The position numbers and the translations under genes are program-made. This document shows positions 25,251-39,200 of a stretch of 64,000 nucleotides of DNA, in pieces. Numbering within the stretch: the first letter of the stretch is position 1; each line of letters begins with the position of its first letter. The notes beneath the pieces are model-generated. The model ran no database searches. It saw nothing but the letters and a program-made list of their open reading frames with translations, and was not told where the DNA came from. The stretch is from Cyanophora paradoxa CCMP329 (lineage: Eukaryota > Plantae > Glaucophyta): the NCBI GenBank assembly GCA_004431415.1, contig QPMI01000036.1:519163-583162 (forward strand). Reading direction: 5' to 3'.

Positions 25251-27351
25251 ATGGCGCTCACGGGGGACATGCAAGGCGGCCTCGAGAAGCAGCTCGTCGA
25301 AGCGCTCGCCCGCGCCGAGTCCGCGAACCCGGCCGCGCTGGTGCGACGTCGGCAGGCGAACGCGCACCCTGCGCGGCCGGATCGCGCGTGCTTCTAATCG
25401 GTCGCGGTTGCGCTACGCTCGCGCAGGTGGATGCTTCGGGGAGCCGCCTGTCGCCGGCGGCGCTGGCTCGCGCGCTGAAGATCCCCGCCCTCGTCGAGCT
25501 CGCCGTCTTCGTTGCGGACGGGCGGGTGCGCGCTAAGGCGGGAAGAGCTCACGCTGGCCACGCCTAAGGGCTGGCCACGCTGGTGCGCTGCGGTTGCGCG
25601 AGCTAAGGCCGCCTCCGCCGCCGACTCCTGGCCCAGGCGTGGGACGTGGCCGAGCCTTTCGAGCCGGTGTGGTACATGAGGAAGAGCCCGCACGACGCGG
25701 CGTACGCGATGGAATACGAGGACGAGGAGGAGATGCAGTCGGACGCTTTCTTCCGCGAAGTGAACGCGCTGCTAAACGGAGGTGCGCCCCGGCCGCGGCG
25801 GGCCCCGGAATTCGAATTCGTGCGCGGCGCCCGCCGACCGCCCACGGCCGCAGGCGCCCTCGGAGCCGTGGCGGACGTGGTGGAGAAGGAGGAGGCGCCG
25901 GCGGAGGTCCGGAGCATGGCGGGCGCGTGCCTCGCCCGCATCGCGGCCTCGCGCGCGCCCGGACTGCTCTCCCGCCTCCTCGCCGGCCGCCAGCTCTTCG
26001 CGCCCCTGCTCCGCCTGCTGGACCACCTCTTCCGCGACCGGCCGGGGCGGCCCGCCGGCGCCGGCAAGATGGGGGTACGCCGCGCCGCCCTCCTGGTCGC
26101 GCCGCGCGCTCGAGCCTCGGGCTTCGTGCGCAGCGGCACCTCGCTGAGCTCATGGAGGCCGTGGTGCTCTACGGGGAGGACGGGCAGGCGCTTTCCGATC
26201 CAATTCGATCAATTTGCAATTCGATCTGATTGTGACGGCCGCCCGCCGCCGCATGCAGGCCGAGCGAGCGACCGCCGAGCCCGCAGCGCTGGCCCCTTCG
26301 TCTCCGCCCTCCGCTGCTTCTGCACGGACCCAGTGTGAGCGCGTAACTTTATGTACCCGTGCGTTGGTTGACGCTGACCCGCCGGCCCAGCGCCGACGTC
26401 GTGTACCCCGGCCCTTCCCTCCCGAACACGAGCGGCGTGCGCGCGTCGCGAATCCTGTAACCCCCTCCTTTTCGATGCCTGTACCCAGTGCGGTTGGCGG
26501 CGAGCCTGGCGAAGCTCTCGGAGCTCTTCCTGTGGGCGACTCCAACGGGTGGGGGGTACGCGCCCTCCCGCCCCGTACCCCTGACGGGAACCGACCCGTA
26601 CCCCAGGGGAGCTGCCGACCGAGGAAGGCGTAGCCAGGCAGGCGAGGGCCCTCGAGGCGTCCGGCGCCCTGCAGGCCATGGGCGGTGCGCGTGCCCCTCT
26701 CCGACGGCTTTGTACCCCCTGAAGCGAAGCTGTACCCCCAGAGGTCGTGGTGGAGATCGCCAAATCGATCCCGCGTATCGCGGAGCGCGTGAGCTACCCC
26801 CCGCCCTGCCCTTCTCCGCCCCGCCTCGCCCCCCTCCCTCCGCCGACCCGAGGGGGTACAGGACATTCACTACGCTTCTCGGGCCCTCTCCGACCTGCTG
26901 AAGACCCTGGAGAAGGCTCTCGTCCGCTGCGGGAGCCCCGCCGCCGTGCGCGCGCGCTGCTGGAACTAGCGAAGACCCTTTCGTCCACTCTCTGAACATG
27001 AGCGGCCGCTCGCGTGCAGGCGCGGCGCGCCGCGGACTAGTGCGCGTCGGCCCTCGCCGCCGCCGAGCGGCACGACCGGCACAACGCGCGCCTCGCCCTC
27101 TCAAACCTCCGCCGCTCGCGATCGCTCGCGCCGCCCTCTGACTCGGGCCGGGCCCACGCAGGCCTTCGGCGGGCTGCGCAACTACAAGAAGACGTTCGAC
27201 GGCATGGTCGAGGAGCTCCGGCCCTGGCCCGCGGCGCCGGCCGCCACTCCGTCCCAGCCGCCCGCAGCGAACGGCCTGGCACCAAGGGCCCCCACGGCCG
27301 CCCAGGGCGCTGGTGGCTGCCGGTCCGGCCTTGTCCGTGGATTCTTCAACA
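25251..27351 (+). pseudogene. Degenerate duplicate of the 31388-33521 gene
   Basis: Near-identical to 31246-33516 from 25109 onward, but with deletions, a replaced segment (~25553-25630), a TAG at ~27038 and an insertion at its 3' end. Confidence 0.7.
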
Positions 27352-28181
27352 ATTCCCACCGTGTCGGTGCGCAGCTGGCTGCAGCCCGTCCATGGCGCCG
27401 CCGCTGTCGCTCAGCGTGACCAGCGTGAGGTAGGCGGCTGGCGCGCCGAGCGGCGGCACAAAATGGGCGTCGAGTTGGCGCCTCGGCAACCGGCCTTGTC
27501 GCCGGCCATTCCGCAGGAGATTCAGGAGCGTGCGCGTCAGGGGTTAGCTTCTATGATGTCTCCGGCTCGGCGAGGAGTGCCGCGGGAGCGGCCGCGGCGA
27601 CGTCGGCTGGCCGCAATGTCGGCCGGCTTGCGTGCAAAGCCCAGCGCAGCGATGTGTTCCGTCGACACGCGGGCGGCGCCCGGCCCCAGCTCCCTTGCTT
27701 GGCAGCTGGGGCTCATCGGCGCTCTCTCATTTCGTTCCGCTCATCATCTCCTTGCAGTCGAGTCGCTAGATGGCGGTTCTTTTCCACATGCAGGGAAGTT
27801 CAGGTCTTTCGGTCGACTTTTGCTTGTCAGGCGTAGTGCCTTTCCTGCCCTCCGCTACGCGTGGGTCTTCCCTAGGGTGGACTTCCACGTCTGGAGGGTG
27901 TTTGCACGCTCTGTTTGCCTTCATCCGTCTGCGTAGGGCGCTGGGCTTTTTCTGCAGGTGTATCTTTCGGCCTCTCGCCTCGTTTGTTGATATAGGACAT
28001 AGATAGAACTTCGGAATTTCCCACCACTTAGACAGAGCACAGCACTTGACGGTCCTCAGTGTTATCTAGTCGGAGAGATAAATTGGGCAATGTGTGTGCT
28101 AATGCAGTAGTTGACTAAATTGGGCAGATAGAGACTAGTAGTTGTTGTTGTGTGCTAATGCAAATCCAGCCCCTCCGAGGC
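27352..28181. mobile_element. ~830-bp insertion flanked by a 9-bp target-site duplication TCTTCAACA
   Basis: TCTTCAACA at 27343-27351 and 28182-28190. The paralog shows the empty site ggcttcttcaacaggtagcga (~33504-33523), and ggtagcga resumes at 28191. Confidence 0.8.
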
Positions 28182-28299
28182 TCTTCAACAGGTAGCGAAC
28201 AAACCTTTTCAACGTTAACAGGCCAAGACTTCTACCACCCGGTGACCACCTCAGACGTCCCCATCCACATCCATAAGCCACGAATCAACAATCATGAAG

Positions 28300-30880
28300 C
28301 CACAAATTAAAGTCAATATACAATCATGGCAAAATCATTGAATTATAATAAAGTAGTAAAGCTAAAGCTCAAGAGTGGTCTTTACATCCTCCAGAAAAGG
28401 CATCCAATCCTGCTTTCTATCACACAGCTTTTGGAATCCCTGCTCAAAATGGACTCTATACAACTCCATACTCACATTATCGGTCTTTGGTTGCAAAAGA
28501 AAGAGATAATATTTGCTGATACGCTCAGAAATACTTCTTTCAGAAATGATTTTCTGCTGCAACGCTGTGTTCTTTCGAAGGACAGCAGCCTGAAAAAGGA
28601 TTTGCGCGAAATAGCTCATTTGTTTCTGACTGGAAGATGTTGTTTTCATCTCTATAAGACAAATACAGCCCTCATCATCAATTGCTAAGAAATCAGGCGT
28701 GCATGCATAGTTCTCTGCTCATGCCAACATCAAGTCAAGTCAAAGAAATGACAAGAAAAACACACTTGTTTCGGGCTCTTGCTCATGTTTGAATCGGAAT
28801 TCAGCCCAAAGCCTTGAGTGTTCAGAGAACCAGGCACGGTGCAGTGATGTCTTGCCAGGCTGACAAAAAAATACATAGAGACCAGCTTCAAGGAGAAAGT
28901 TTACACAACGTAGCCCGACTGCAAGCTGCCACAATTCCAGATGAATTCTTGCATGAATCGATGCCTCCATTCTTTTTGAAAAGACATTCATCGAGCACCC
29001 CCAAACTATTCCACCGACCTTCTGCACCACAGTACGAAGCAGCTGCAAGGGCCAGGCCAGTCTCACAGAAAATCCCTTGAACTTGGCTTCCTGTGTATTT
29101 TTTCTCTCCAAAGCAAAATCGTTCAGCACTCTCCAGTTGAGTAAAATGCTTGTAAACAGCTTCAAACACCTTTGTAAAATGAGCAGCTGTAGTTGGGATT
29201 GCTGTTTCATTTTGAGATGCATCCCAATGCTGAATCAGCTCAAAAGCTTCAGCAATGTCCAGATTCTTCTCAACTTCGCCTATAAATCGATTTTTCCCAG
29301 TTGGAGTGATCATTGTCTTGCAGTCGTTGGACATGTTTTCGTCTGAATCCGAAAACTCCTTCAAGAAAACCTATAAAGGATCAGAGCATTCGCTTCATCC
29401 CTGAAAACAAATTCACAGTACCTTCAACTCAGAGCATAAGTGCCTTAAAGTCTCTCTGGGGAAATTATCACCTTGCAGCTTCTGGTCCAGACTCTGAGAA
29501 AAAATCATAAGAATCTTCATTGTGTAGATGATTATGATTGTGCACCTGTAACTCATGGCCCAACCTGTCAGCCAAAGATACACATGAGCCCAACACGGTA
29601 TGAAATAAGTCGTTTGAAGGGTGCATATTTGATACGAACCAGGAAGTCACAGCTTGAATAAAGTCAAGAACATTGAACTTAATTTCGTCAATCTGGAATT
29701 CCTCACCAATCGAATTTCGGAATGCAGAAATGAGAAGCCTGCAAACGTTGAATTTCGGAATGCAGAGATAAAAATCATGACTGGTAAACGATAGGATCAT
29801 GATTGGTACACTGCACCTGCATTTTTCAAAGTATGTGCAGTTTCCTGCTTCAATTTATCTGCATGCACCAAGCCGTCTGCATGTATAATGAATGCTTCCG
29901 ATTGATTATTGCAACTGATCTGGTGCACCTTTTATCAGTAGTCTCTCGACATAGCAGGTTCTTTCCCAGCAGACTGACATCATAAGCCGGGTTAAACTCA
30001 TAGGTCGATTGCAGCTGCTCTGCAATTGAGAAAACTCACCTCACAAACAGTTCGCAAATCCACTGCTGGAGCTTTTTTCGACTTTCTGTTGTGAACGACT
30101 CTACAAACATGTTCTGCATGCATCTGTTCACAACGTCAAGTAAAATTGTCAATGACAACATGTGCATACAGCTGCAGACGTGTAATGGTCCTACCCTTCA
30201 ATTGTGGAAGTGCTTGTGCAACCAGAGATGATGTAATCGATTGTTGAAAAACCTGAGATATTTTTCTCACAAGATATTTTCATACTGGGGTCTCTTACAT
30301 ATAGGGAGCGAACCATTGTTATCACAAGCGTCAAAACAATTCAAGAAATGATCCCTTCCATGATTTGATGTGATATCGGTCTGGCACATCTTGATGGCAC
30401 TTTCCACTGCCTCTCTTATGGCCAACCTGTTGCCAATCTTTGATAAGCGACTGCGAGAGCATTTGAAAATTTGGGGGGAAAGTCTGAAAGCATACTTTTT
30501 GATACGTAAAGCAAGCTCTTTGTTTGCTTCACACATGTGCATGAGGAGATTTTTACCATCCTTGTCTTGATACTGGATGACAATTCTCCCGCATTCGGAG
30601 CAGAAACCCCCAAAAATGCAACCGATGGTCTTCAAGATCGAATCACTGCGTGTGAATGATCATTGCATGTACTGAATGATCGGATTGGATCAGTGAGAAT
30701 GATGTACACACCTTTTCGCAATCGCTGCTTCGACGAGATCCATATATTTGACAACCACACAAATTGGAGTGCTGGCGCCATCTTCAGTTTTAGCGCTCTT
30801 TATGAAAGTCTTAATGTCAACCCATGGCCCGTCGCCGAATGACTGCTTTAACATTTCCCATAGTCCGTCCACCCATCTGC
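28300..30880 (-). pseudogene. AT-richer degenerate ORF, possible DNA-transposase relic
   Basis: Sharp GC drop, CpG-poor, with fragmented minus-strand frames. GRWNSLG is reminiscent of the hAT-type RWNS motif, but no full DDE triad is traceable. Confidence 0.35.
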
Positions 30881-31387
30881 GTGTGCACAGAATGCATTAG
30901 CTTATGCTTATGCGCCCCGCAAGGCGACGGCGGCGGACTTGCCCTTGCTCCTGCGCTGACAAAGTTGAACCGGGCTCCAATGCCGGCGCCTGGATCATTT
31001 CATCGCGCAGCTGGTTCCAGAATGCGATGACAGGTGCGCCTGCACGCGCAGACATGCTGCCGCAGTGCAGCTGGCTGCCAGAGTGCTCCTCCGATCCGCA
31101 CCCAAACCAACCCCCCCCTCCCCCCCCCCCCCCCCCCCCCCCCCCCGCCCGCCCACCTAGGCCTCAGGGTCCCGACTCCCCGCGGCCGAGTCCGCGCGTG
31201 ACACGTAAAATCCGTAAAGCGCCGGCGGTAAATCGTCCGGCTTTGAAGCCGCACACGCTCGAGCTCAGCCCTGTTTCGAGCCGTCGGAAGAGCGCCGCTG
31301 GAATCGGTCTAGACAAGGCTGCGAGTTCCCCGCAGCGCCTGGCTCGGGATCAGGCAGCCCAGGGAACTTGCCTTCCACGTTCCAAAC

Positions 31388-33521
31388 ATGGCGTTCACGG
31401 GGGACATGCAAGGCGGCCTCGAGAAGCAGCTCGTCGAAGCGCTCGCCCGCGCCGAGTCCGCGAACCCGGCCTCGCTGGTGCGAGTCCGTGCGACGTCCAC
31501 AGGCGAACGCGCACCCTGCGCGGCCGGATCGCGCGTGCGTCTAATCGGTCGCGGTTGCGCTACGCTCGCGCAGGTGGATGCTTCGGGGAGCCGCCTGTCG
31601 CCGGCGGCGCTGGCTCGCGCGCTGAAGATCCCCGCCCTCGTGGAGCTCGCGGTCTTCGTTGCGGACGGGCGGGTGCGTGCTTTGGCCGCGCGAGCTAATG
31701 CAGGTCCCGCCGCTGACGTCGACCGCGCGTCCTGGGCCCAGGTGTGGGATGTGGCCGAGCCTTTCGAGCCGGTGTGGTACATGAGGAAGAGCCCGCACGA
31801 CGCGGCGTACGCGATGGAATACGAGGACGACGAGGAGATGCAGTCGGACGCTTTCTTCCGCGAAGTGAACGCGCTGCTAAACGGAGGTGCGCCCCGGCCG
31901 CGGCGGGCCCCGGAATTCGAATTCGTGCGCGGCGCCCGCCGACCGCCCACGGCCGCAGGCGCCCTCGGGGCCGTGGCGGACGTGGTGGAGAAGGAGGAGG
32001 CGCCGGAGGAGGTCCGGAGCACGGCGGGGGCGTGCCTCGCCCGCATCGCGGCCTCGCGCGCGCCCGGACTGCTCTCCCGCCTCCTCGCCGGCCGCCAGCT
32101 CTTCGCGCCCCTGCTCCGCCTGCTGGACCACCTCTTCCGCGACCGGCCGGGGCGGCCCGCCGGCGCCGGCAAGATGGGGGTACGCCGCGCCGCCCTCCTG
32201 GTCGCGCCGCGCGCTCGAGCCTCGGGCTTCGTGCGCAGCGGCACCTCGCTGAGCTCATGGAGGCCGTGGTGCTCTACGGGGAGGACGGGCAGGCGCTTTC
32301 CGATCCAATTCGATCAATTTGCAATTCGATCTGATTGTGACGGCCGCCCGCCGCCGCATGCAGGCCGAGCGAGCGACCGCCGAGCCCGCAGCGCTGGCCC
32401 CCTTCGTCTCCGCCCTCCGCTGCTTCTGCACGGACCCAGTGTGAGCGCGTAACTTTATGTACCCGTGCGTTGGTTGACGCTGACCCGCCGGCCCCAGCGC
32501 CGACGTCGTGTACCCCGGCCCCTTCCCTCCCGAACACGAGCGGCGTGCGCGCGTCGCGAATCCTGTAACCCCCTCCTTTTCCGATGCCTGTACCCCAGTG
32601 CGGTTGGCGGCGAGCCTGGCGAAGCTCTCGGAGCTCTTCCTGTGGGGCGACTCCAACCGGGTGGGGGGTACGCGCCCTCCCGCCCCGTACCCCTGACGGG
32701 AACCGACCCCGTACCCCCAGGGGAGCTGCCGACCGAGGAAGGCGTAGCCAGGCAGGCGAGGGCCCTCGAGGCGTCCGGCGCCCTGCAGGCCATGGGCGGT
32801 GCGCGTGCCCCTCTCCGACGGCTTTGTACCCCCTGAAGCGAAGCTGTACCCCCAGAGGTCGTGGTGGAGATTGCCAAATCGATCCCACGTATCGCGGAGC
32901 GCGTGAGCTACTCCCCGCCCTGCCCTTCTCCGCCCCGCTCCGCCCCCCTCCCTCCGCTCACCCGAGGGGGTACAGGACATTCACTACGCTTCTCGGGCCC
33001 TCTTCGACCTGCTGAAGACCCTGGAGAAGGCTCTCGTCCGCTGCGGGAGCCCCGCCGCCGTGCGCGCGCGCTGCTGAAACTAGCGAAGACCCTTTCGTCC
33101 ATTCTCTGAACATGAGCGGTCGCTCGCGTGCAGGCGCGGCGCGCCGCGGACCACTGCGCAGCGGCCCTCGCCGCCGCCCAGCGGCACGACCGGCACAACG
33201 CGCGCCGCGCCCTCTCAAACCTCCGCCGCTCGCGATCGCTCGCGCCGCCCTCTGACTCGGGCCGGGCCCACGCAGGCCTTCGGCGGGCTGCGCAACTACA
33301 AGATGACGTTCGACGGCATGGTCGCGGAGCTCCGGCCCCGGCCCGCGGCCCCCGCCGCCGCTCCGTCCCAGCCGCCCGCAGCGAACGGCCCGGCAAGGCC
33401 CAGGCCTCCGCCGGCGGAGGGGCAGGCTCCGGCGCCGGTGCCGGCGCCGAGGGCCCCCATGGCCGCCCAGGGCGCCGGCGGCCGCGGCTCCGGCCTCGTC
33501 CGCGGCTTCTTCAACAGGTAG
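31388..33521 (+). CDS. Hypothetical helical/TPR-like protein (multi-exon), the more intact copy of a local duplication
   Basis: MAFTGDMQGGLEKQLVEALARAES.. with TPR-like C-terminal exons (LAKTLSSILN..ADHCAAALAAAQRHD) and a GGRGSGLVRGFFNR* tail. Confidence 0.55.
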
Positions 33522-34199
33522 CGAGCGAAGCTTCTCAATTTCTCCTCTGCCTTGCAGTCGCCATCTGCATCCGTCTTTCCTGCCTTTTCCAAATTTCTGA
33601 ATTGCAATGCCGCAGTGCGGCATGATGATGATATGTCTGCCAGTTCGATTCTCAGAGAGTGATCGCATTGTTCTGCGGCAAAAACTTGAAATTTGATGAT
33701 TCATGCCGTGCCGGTGATGTGGTCCTGAACATGCCGCAGAGCCGCAGTGCAAGCTAGCATGCGCACTGCGGCAGTCTCCGCGAGGCCGCGTTCTAGGGCC
33801 CCCCCCCGCGGCGGGGGCAGCAAACCGTTGTATGCTCCAGGCTTAGCTATAGTACAGTCCTAGCATGCGCAGCCGCCGCCGCTCACTCTCTAGAGACCGC
33901 CGGACCCGATCGCGAGCTCAGCTGCAGCGCTCAGCAGCTAGCGGCTGCGCTGCGGACGCACGCTGGGGACTGTGACACGGTACCGGTGGCCCAGTGGCCC
34001 CGGCCCGGCGGCCCGGCGGGGCCTCTGCGGGCACTCGGGGCGGGGGCGGGCACTTAAGCTTGAGTGCCGTCTTAAGCTTAGAAGTGCTTGCAATTGCACT
34101 TGCCGCCAAGTACTAATAATCAACATGACTGCTTAATTACATGATTACAGCTACAAGCTTTGAAGCTCAGTGAGAATCAGCCACGACATGCTCTCGAAA

Positions 34200-36227
34200 A
34201 AGTAGAATTGAAGGCCCGCATGGGGCAGGGGCCTTGCCGGCCCCGCCCCCTGGGCAAAGACGAAAAAATTGAAAAAGAAGTAGAAGAGAGGCTACCAGGC
34301 CTAGGTCGAGAGGGCCTGGGCCTAGGTCTAGAGGCGGACGGGGCGGGGCCGGCGGGAGCGGCGGACGACGATGTACCCCTGCTGGGCGACCGCCAGCTCC
34401 TCCAGGGGCCGGGCCCTGTCCAGCACGCGCGCCAGCGACGCCTCCGAGGGGCCCGCCTCCCGCTGGCCCCGCGCCTGCACTCCCCGCGTAAGACGTAAAA
34501 AATGCAGCTTTTAGGCTAGCTGGTCGGCTACATGCTGGCTGGGGGATCGTCTAAAGTCAAGGAGCGGCAATAAAATCGTTTCTAAGACAACCGATTCCTT
34601 CAAAAACGTGGGCTCCGCACCTGCTGGACGAACTCGTTGAGGGAATCCATGCTGGCCTTCAGGCGCTCCTCCGCCCTGCGCTCCTCCCCGCGCCCGTCCG
34701 TGTCCTCCTGCGGCGGGAGCGCGTGAGCTCGCCGGGCTCGAGGGGCGGCGCAGACGACGGCGCCCGCTATATATATTATGAGAATCGAAGCTGGCTCTCC
34801 GGGACCGGGTGCCTGTGTACCCCTGTACCCCGGGGCGGGGCGGGAGGGGGTACGGCGCACGTGCTCGACGACGAGGATGTCCTCCACGCACTTCTTCCCG
34901 CTGCGAGGGGCGAGGTCATGGGACGGTGGGAGGAGAAGGGAGGAGGAGGAAGGGGGGGAGGGGGGCAGGGGCAAGGGCGGGCAGGGGCAAGCTTTGATTC
35001 TCAAAATATTTATAGCGGGCGGCGGGGGCACCTTGCGACGCCGAGGAGCTCGAGCTCGAGGGAGTTGGCCCCCGGCGTGATCAGCCGCAGCACTAGCACG
35101 GGCTTCGTCTGATGGGGGAGGGGGGGGAGGTGAGGGGGTACAGGGGAGGGGAGCTGAGGGGGTAGTGCACGCCTGGCCGATGCGGTGGGCCCGGTCCATC
35201 GCCTGGAGGTCGTTCTGCGGGTTCTGCGGCCGAAAGTGAGGCGAAGAAGAAGCCGGGGGGGAGGAGGGGGGGGGGGGTGGATAAGGGGAGGCAGGGAGGG
35301 GTAGGCACACGTAGTCCGAGTCGAAGAGGATGACCGTGTCCGCCTGTAGGCGCGCCGAGGGGATGAGACTTAAGAGGGGGAGGGGGGGGAGAAGGGAGGG
35401 GGGTACGGCACCTGGACGAGGTTGAGGCCGAGGCCGCCGGTCTTGGTCGTCGAGAGGAGCGCGAAGACGTCGTCACGCTCCTGAAAGTCCTTGATCTGGG
35501 GGGGGGAGGGGGGGGGAGGGGAGGGGGTACGTCAGTCAGGCGTTCGGTCAGCCTGGCAGATAACTCGGGCTTCGAGGGGCCTGGGGCTGGCTCGCTGGCT
35601 GCTGGCTAAGGGGCCGCCCGCCCGGCTAGGAAGACGAGAGGATGAGGGCCCCGGGACAGGCGGGCGGACCTGCTCGTCCTTCTCGCCCATGTTCATGCTC
35701 CCGTCGATGTGGCGGAACTCGTACCCCCGGCCCCTCAGGTACTCCTGCGAAGGGGCGTGAGGCGGGGCGGCCGACTGGGCTCCGTTCTGCTACAGCGCGG
35801 ACGAGGGGGCGGGGCGGGCGGGGGCTTCTTGCGCGGGCCGGCGGCCGGCCGGCACGGCGATGCCTAGTCGCTGGGCGCCTCTCGCGGCGGGGTCGGAGGG
35901 CCGCCAGGCCTCTAGCTTTTGAACGTGCCCTAAACGCGGGGCCGGAGGCGTGCCCTCTGCTTCTAGATGGATGCGGCGGGGCGGGACGGGGGGGGGCGGG
36001 GCGGGGCGGGGCGCACGGCGAGGACGCCGAGGACCTTCTAACAGGCTTCTAACAGGCTTCTAGCATGCTCTAATAGCCTCTTAAGCTTCTATTCGTGAAC
36101 TTCTAGCTTCTAAACAAATTCGGGCGCACGGCGAGGACGCCGAGGACCTCGACGTAGCGGGAGAAGAGGAGGACGCGGTGGCCCCGCGCCCGCAGCGCCG
36201 GCAGCACCCGCTCCAGCATCGCAAACT

Positions 36228-36268
<41 letters not shown>

Positions 36269-39200
36269 GGTGAGCAGAGCAGGTGGAGAGGGCCCAGGCC
36301 CGGGCGGGGCGGGGCGGGAGGGGATGGGAGGGGTCAGCAAGGGGGGGGGGGGAGGGCTCTTCGAGGCCAGGGGAGCGGGTCGGTCAAGAGCGTGGATGGA
36401 GAGTGCGGGCAGGGAGAGGCCCGGGCCCCGCGGGGCGGGGCGGCGAGTCGGGGGGAGGCGGGGGAGCGCGGCGAGGGAGAACGGCATCGGCGAGCAGAGC
36501 GGGTGGAGAGGGGATGAGAGAGTAGCAGAAGCTTAGAAATTCTCAGCAAAGCTCATATAAGTCGCTCGCCTTGCCGGAGAGGGAGACCATCTCGTCGGGG
36601 GTCGGGTCCTCGCCGCGCCGGATGTGGCCCTCCCACTGCCCGTCCAGCGCCAGCGGCGTGTCCATCGCCACCTGCCGGGGGGCGGATCAGATCAGACCGG
36701 ATCGGAGGGGGCCGAATTAGATCCGAGGGGTAGGCGGTGCCCGACAGGACAGGACAGGGCTAAAGGCTACAGGGCGATGAGCGGCCCTGGCCCTTCCCCG
36801 GCCCCGCAGCCCACGAGACGGTGCGGGGGAGGGAAGCGGGCACCTGCAGCTGCACGTGCCACGCCCGCTGCATCTTCGCCACCACTGCACGCGGCTGAGC
36901 GGCGGGGCGGCGGCGCAGAAAGGGGAAAAAGAAAGAAGGGTGGCCGCCGGCGCACGCTTGGTGGGGACGTGGGCGGAGTAGCCGTCGGGGGCAGAAACCT
37001 CCATACCCGCCTCCTCCGGCGACTGCGCCTGCGCGCCGCCGCTCAGACGCTCGGCTAGTTTCGCTAGTCTGCTAGTCTCGCAGGTTCGCTTAGCTTTCTT
37101 TTGCTAGTCTCACAACTGCCGCAGACCCCTGCGCTTTGGACGCCATATACTGCGCTGCTGGCTCGACTTTGCCGCTTTGCACGGCTCTTCCGAACAACCC
37201 GTTCGCTATCTCTCGCTTCGCTAGGCACGCTAAGCTCGGCAGAGCCTCGACGGGGGGCGGCAGGCTGCGCGGCCGCGCGGCCGCGCGGCTTGATAGCTTC
37301 GCTTGTTTCGCGTTCTTTCGCTAGTTTCGCTTTCTTAGTTTCCTAGAGCGAATTCGAAGGGCGCGGACCTCGGGGGGCGGGAGGCCGGCGTCGGAGCGCT
37401 CGCGGGCGCGGGCGGCGCGCGTCCGCGTCCCCTCCTCCCGCACGTCCACCCTGGCGGGTCGGGGCGGGTCAGATTCCCTATTAGACTCAACGAGATTGAA
37501 GGAACGAATAAAGGTTTATGTCAGAGAGGCTAGACTTCCGAGAGTGGTCAGAGGGGCGAGGATCAAACGCATCGCTCTAGATCCTTTATTAGATTGAATG
37601 AATGAATTGAATGGGCGGAGATGCTTGATTCTCTTTGATCCGTTTAGAATCTTTCCACTCAGTTTAGATAGATGGGCGGCGGGCGGGCGGGTGGGACGCA
37701 GAGGTGATTGGATTCTACTAGGTTGATTCTTCTAGCTTAGGTTCGGATGGTTAGAAAAGAGATTGGATTGGATTGGATTGGATTCTACTGGCGATCGCTG
37801 AGAAGCGAGCGGGCGGGCGGGGCGCACCCGAGGCGGCTCGCGCGGAACGCCTCCCGCTGCTCCTCAGTCGCCTGCGCCGCCAGCCGCGCCCCGTAGCGCG
37901 CCCGCTTCCCCGGCCGCTCTTCCTCCCCCTCCTCGCCCTCCTCCTCCCCCTCCTCCGCCTTGTGTTGTTGCCGGGCGGGGGGCCGGCCCCGGCCCTTCCC
38001 CTTCCCCTTCGCCTTCTGCCGCTCCATCGGCGTGCTCTCCAGGTCGTGCTTCTGCTCAGATCAGATCAGATCACATCAGATCAAATCACATCGGATCGGA
38101 TCGGATTTGATCTGACCATGTGCTCGTGGAGGACGGCCTGAGCGATGGCGGCGAACCAGGCGGCCTGGCGCTCGGTGGGGGGGGCGAGGAGCACGACCTC
38201 GCGCCTCTCGGGCAGGTTCAGGTCCGGCACTTGCTCCTAGGAGCCGGGCGTGAGCGAGGGAATGAGGAGGGGGGGTACGAAAATATCGCCCGCTCGCCTT
38301 GAGGCGCCGCAGCATGACGAACTCGCAGAGGCGGTGGAGCTTCGTAATCACGCCGTCCGAGCGCTCCGCCCTGCGCTCGGATTGACGGGGGCGGGGGGTA
38401 CAGAGGAGCGGCGGGAAGGGGGGTACGGGCGCACGCGACGAGCTCGTCGCGGCCCTGCTTCGAGTGGAGCTGGTCGTGCTTCAGGCTGCGCGGGCGTGCG
38501 CGGGGGGCGGCGAGCGTCAGAAAAGGCCAGGAGGCGGCCAGGAAGAGCCTCCCTCCCGGCGCGCGCACATCTCGGCGAGGGGCGTGGAGCGGGGGAAGAG
38601 CTCGGCGTTGACGAAGTTGAGGAGCGTGAAGAGCTCGTCCACGCTGCTCGAGGGGGAGCGGGCGCCGATAATGTGAGTGAGAGGTAGATAGATGGATAGG
38701 TAGATAGATAGATAGATAGATAGATAGACAGGGGATGGCGCACTTGTTGGAGAGGGGCGTGCCCGTGAGGAGGATGCGCCAGGCGCCCCGCCCCACCACG
38801 TTCATGTTCGCGAAGCTGCGCCGGCATGGGAGAGTGAGCGCGGCAGAGGGCGGGCGGCGATGGAAGGGCGCTGGAGCGCTCGGAGCGCCTCCTTTGGGAT
38901 CTCTAAGACCTCCTCTAGGATGGTCCGCCGGGGGCGGGCGTGGCGGACGGGCAGGCGGGCGGCGTCCCTGCGGGCTGCCGGGCGCTGGCTAGAGCGCGGC
39001 TGGCGCGGCGCCGCATTCTTCTTCTTCTAGACCCCTCGTCCATCAGTATTTGCCATAAAGACTCCTTACTGAAGAAATTTCCCCAGAATAGGGAAGTACG
39101 GTTTAATTCAACATAGAAATAGTTGTATTATTAGAAGTAGATTGAATATGTGCGCCTCTCCGCCTCTCGGGACCTCCGGGTCCCCTCTAGCACGGTGTAC

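Noticed and set aside
36227-38730. Poly-G run and (GATA)n/(GATCA)n/(GATTG)n microsatellites
   Set aside because: Ordinary intronic simple repeats within the SNF2 gene.
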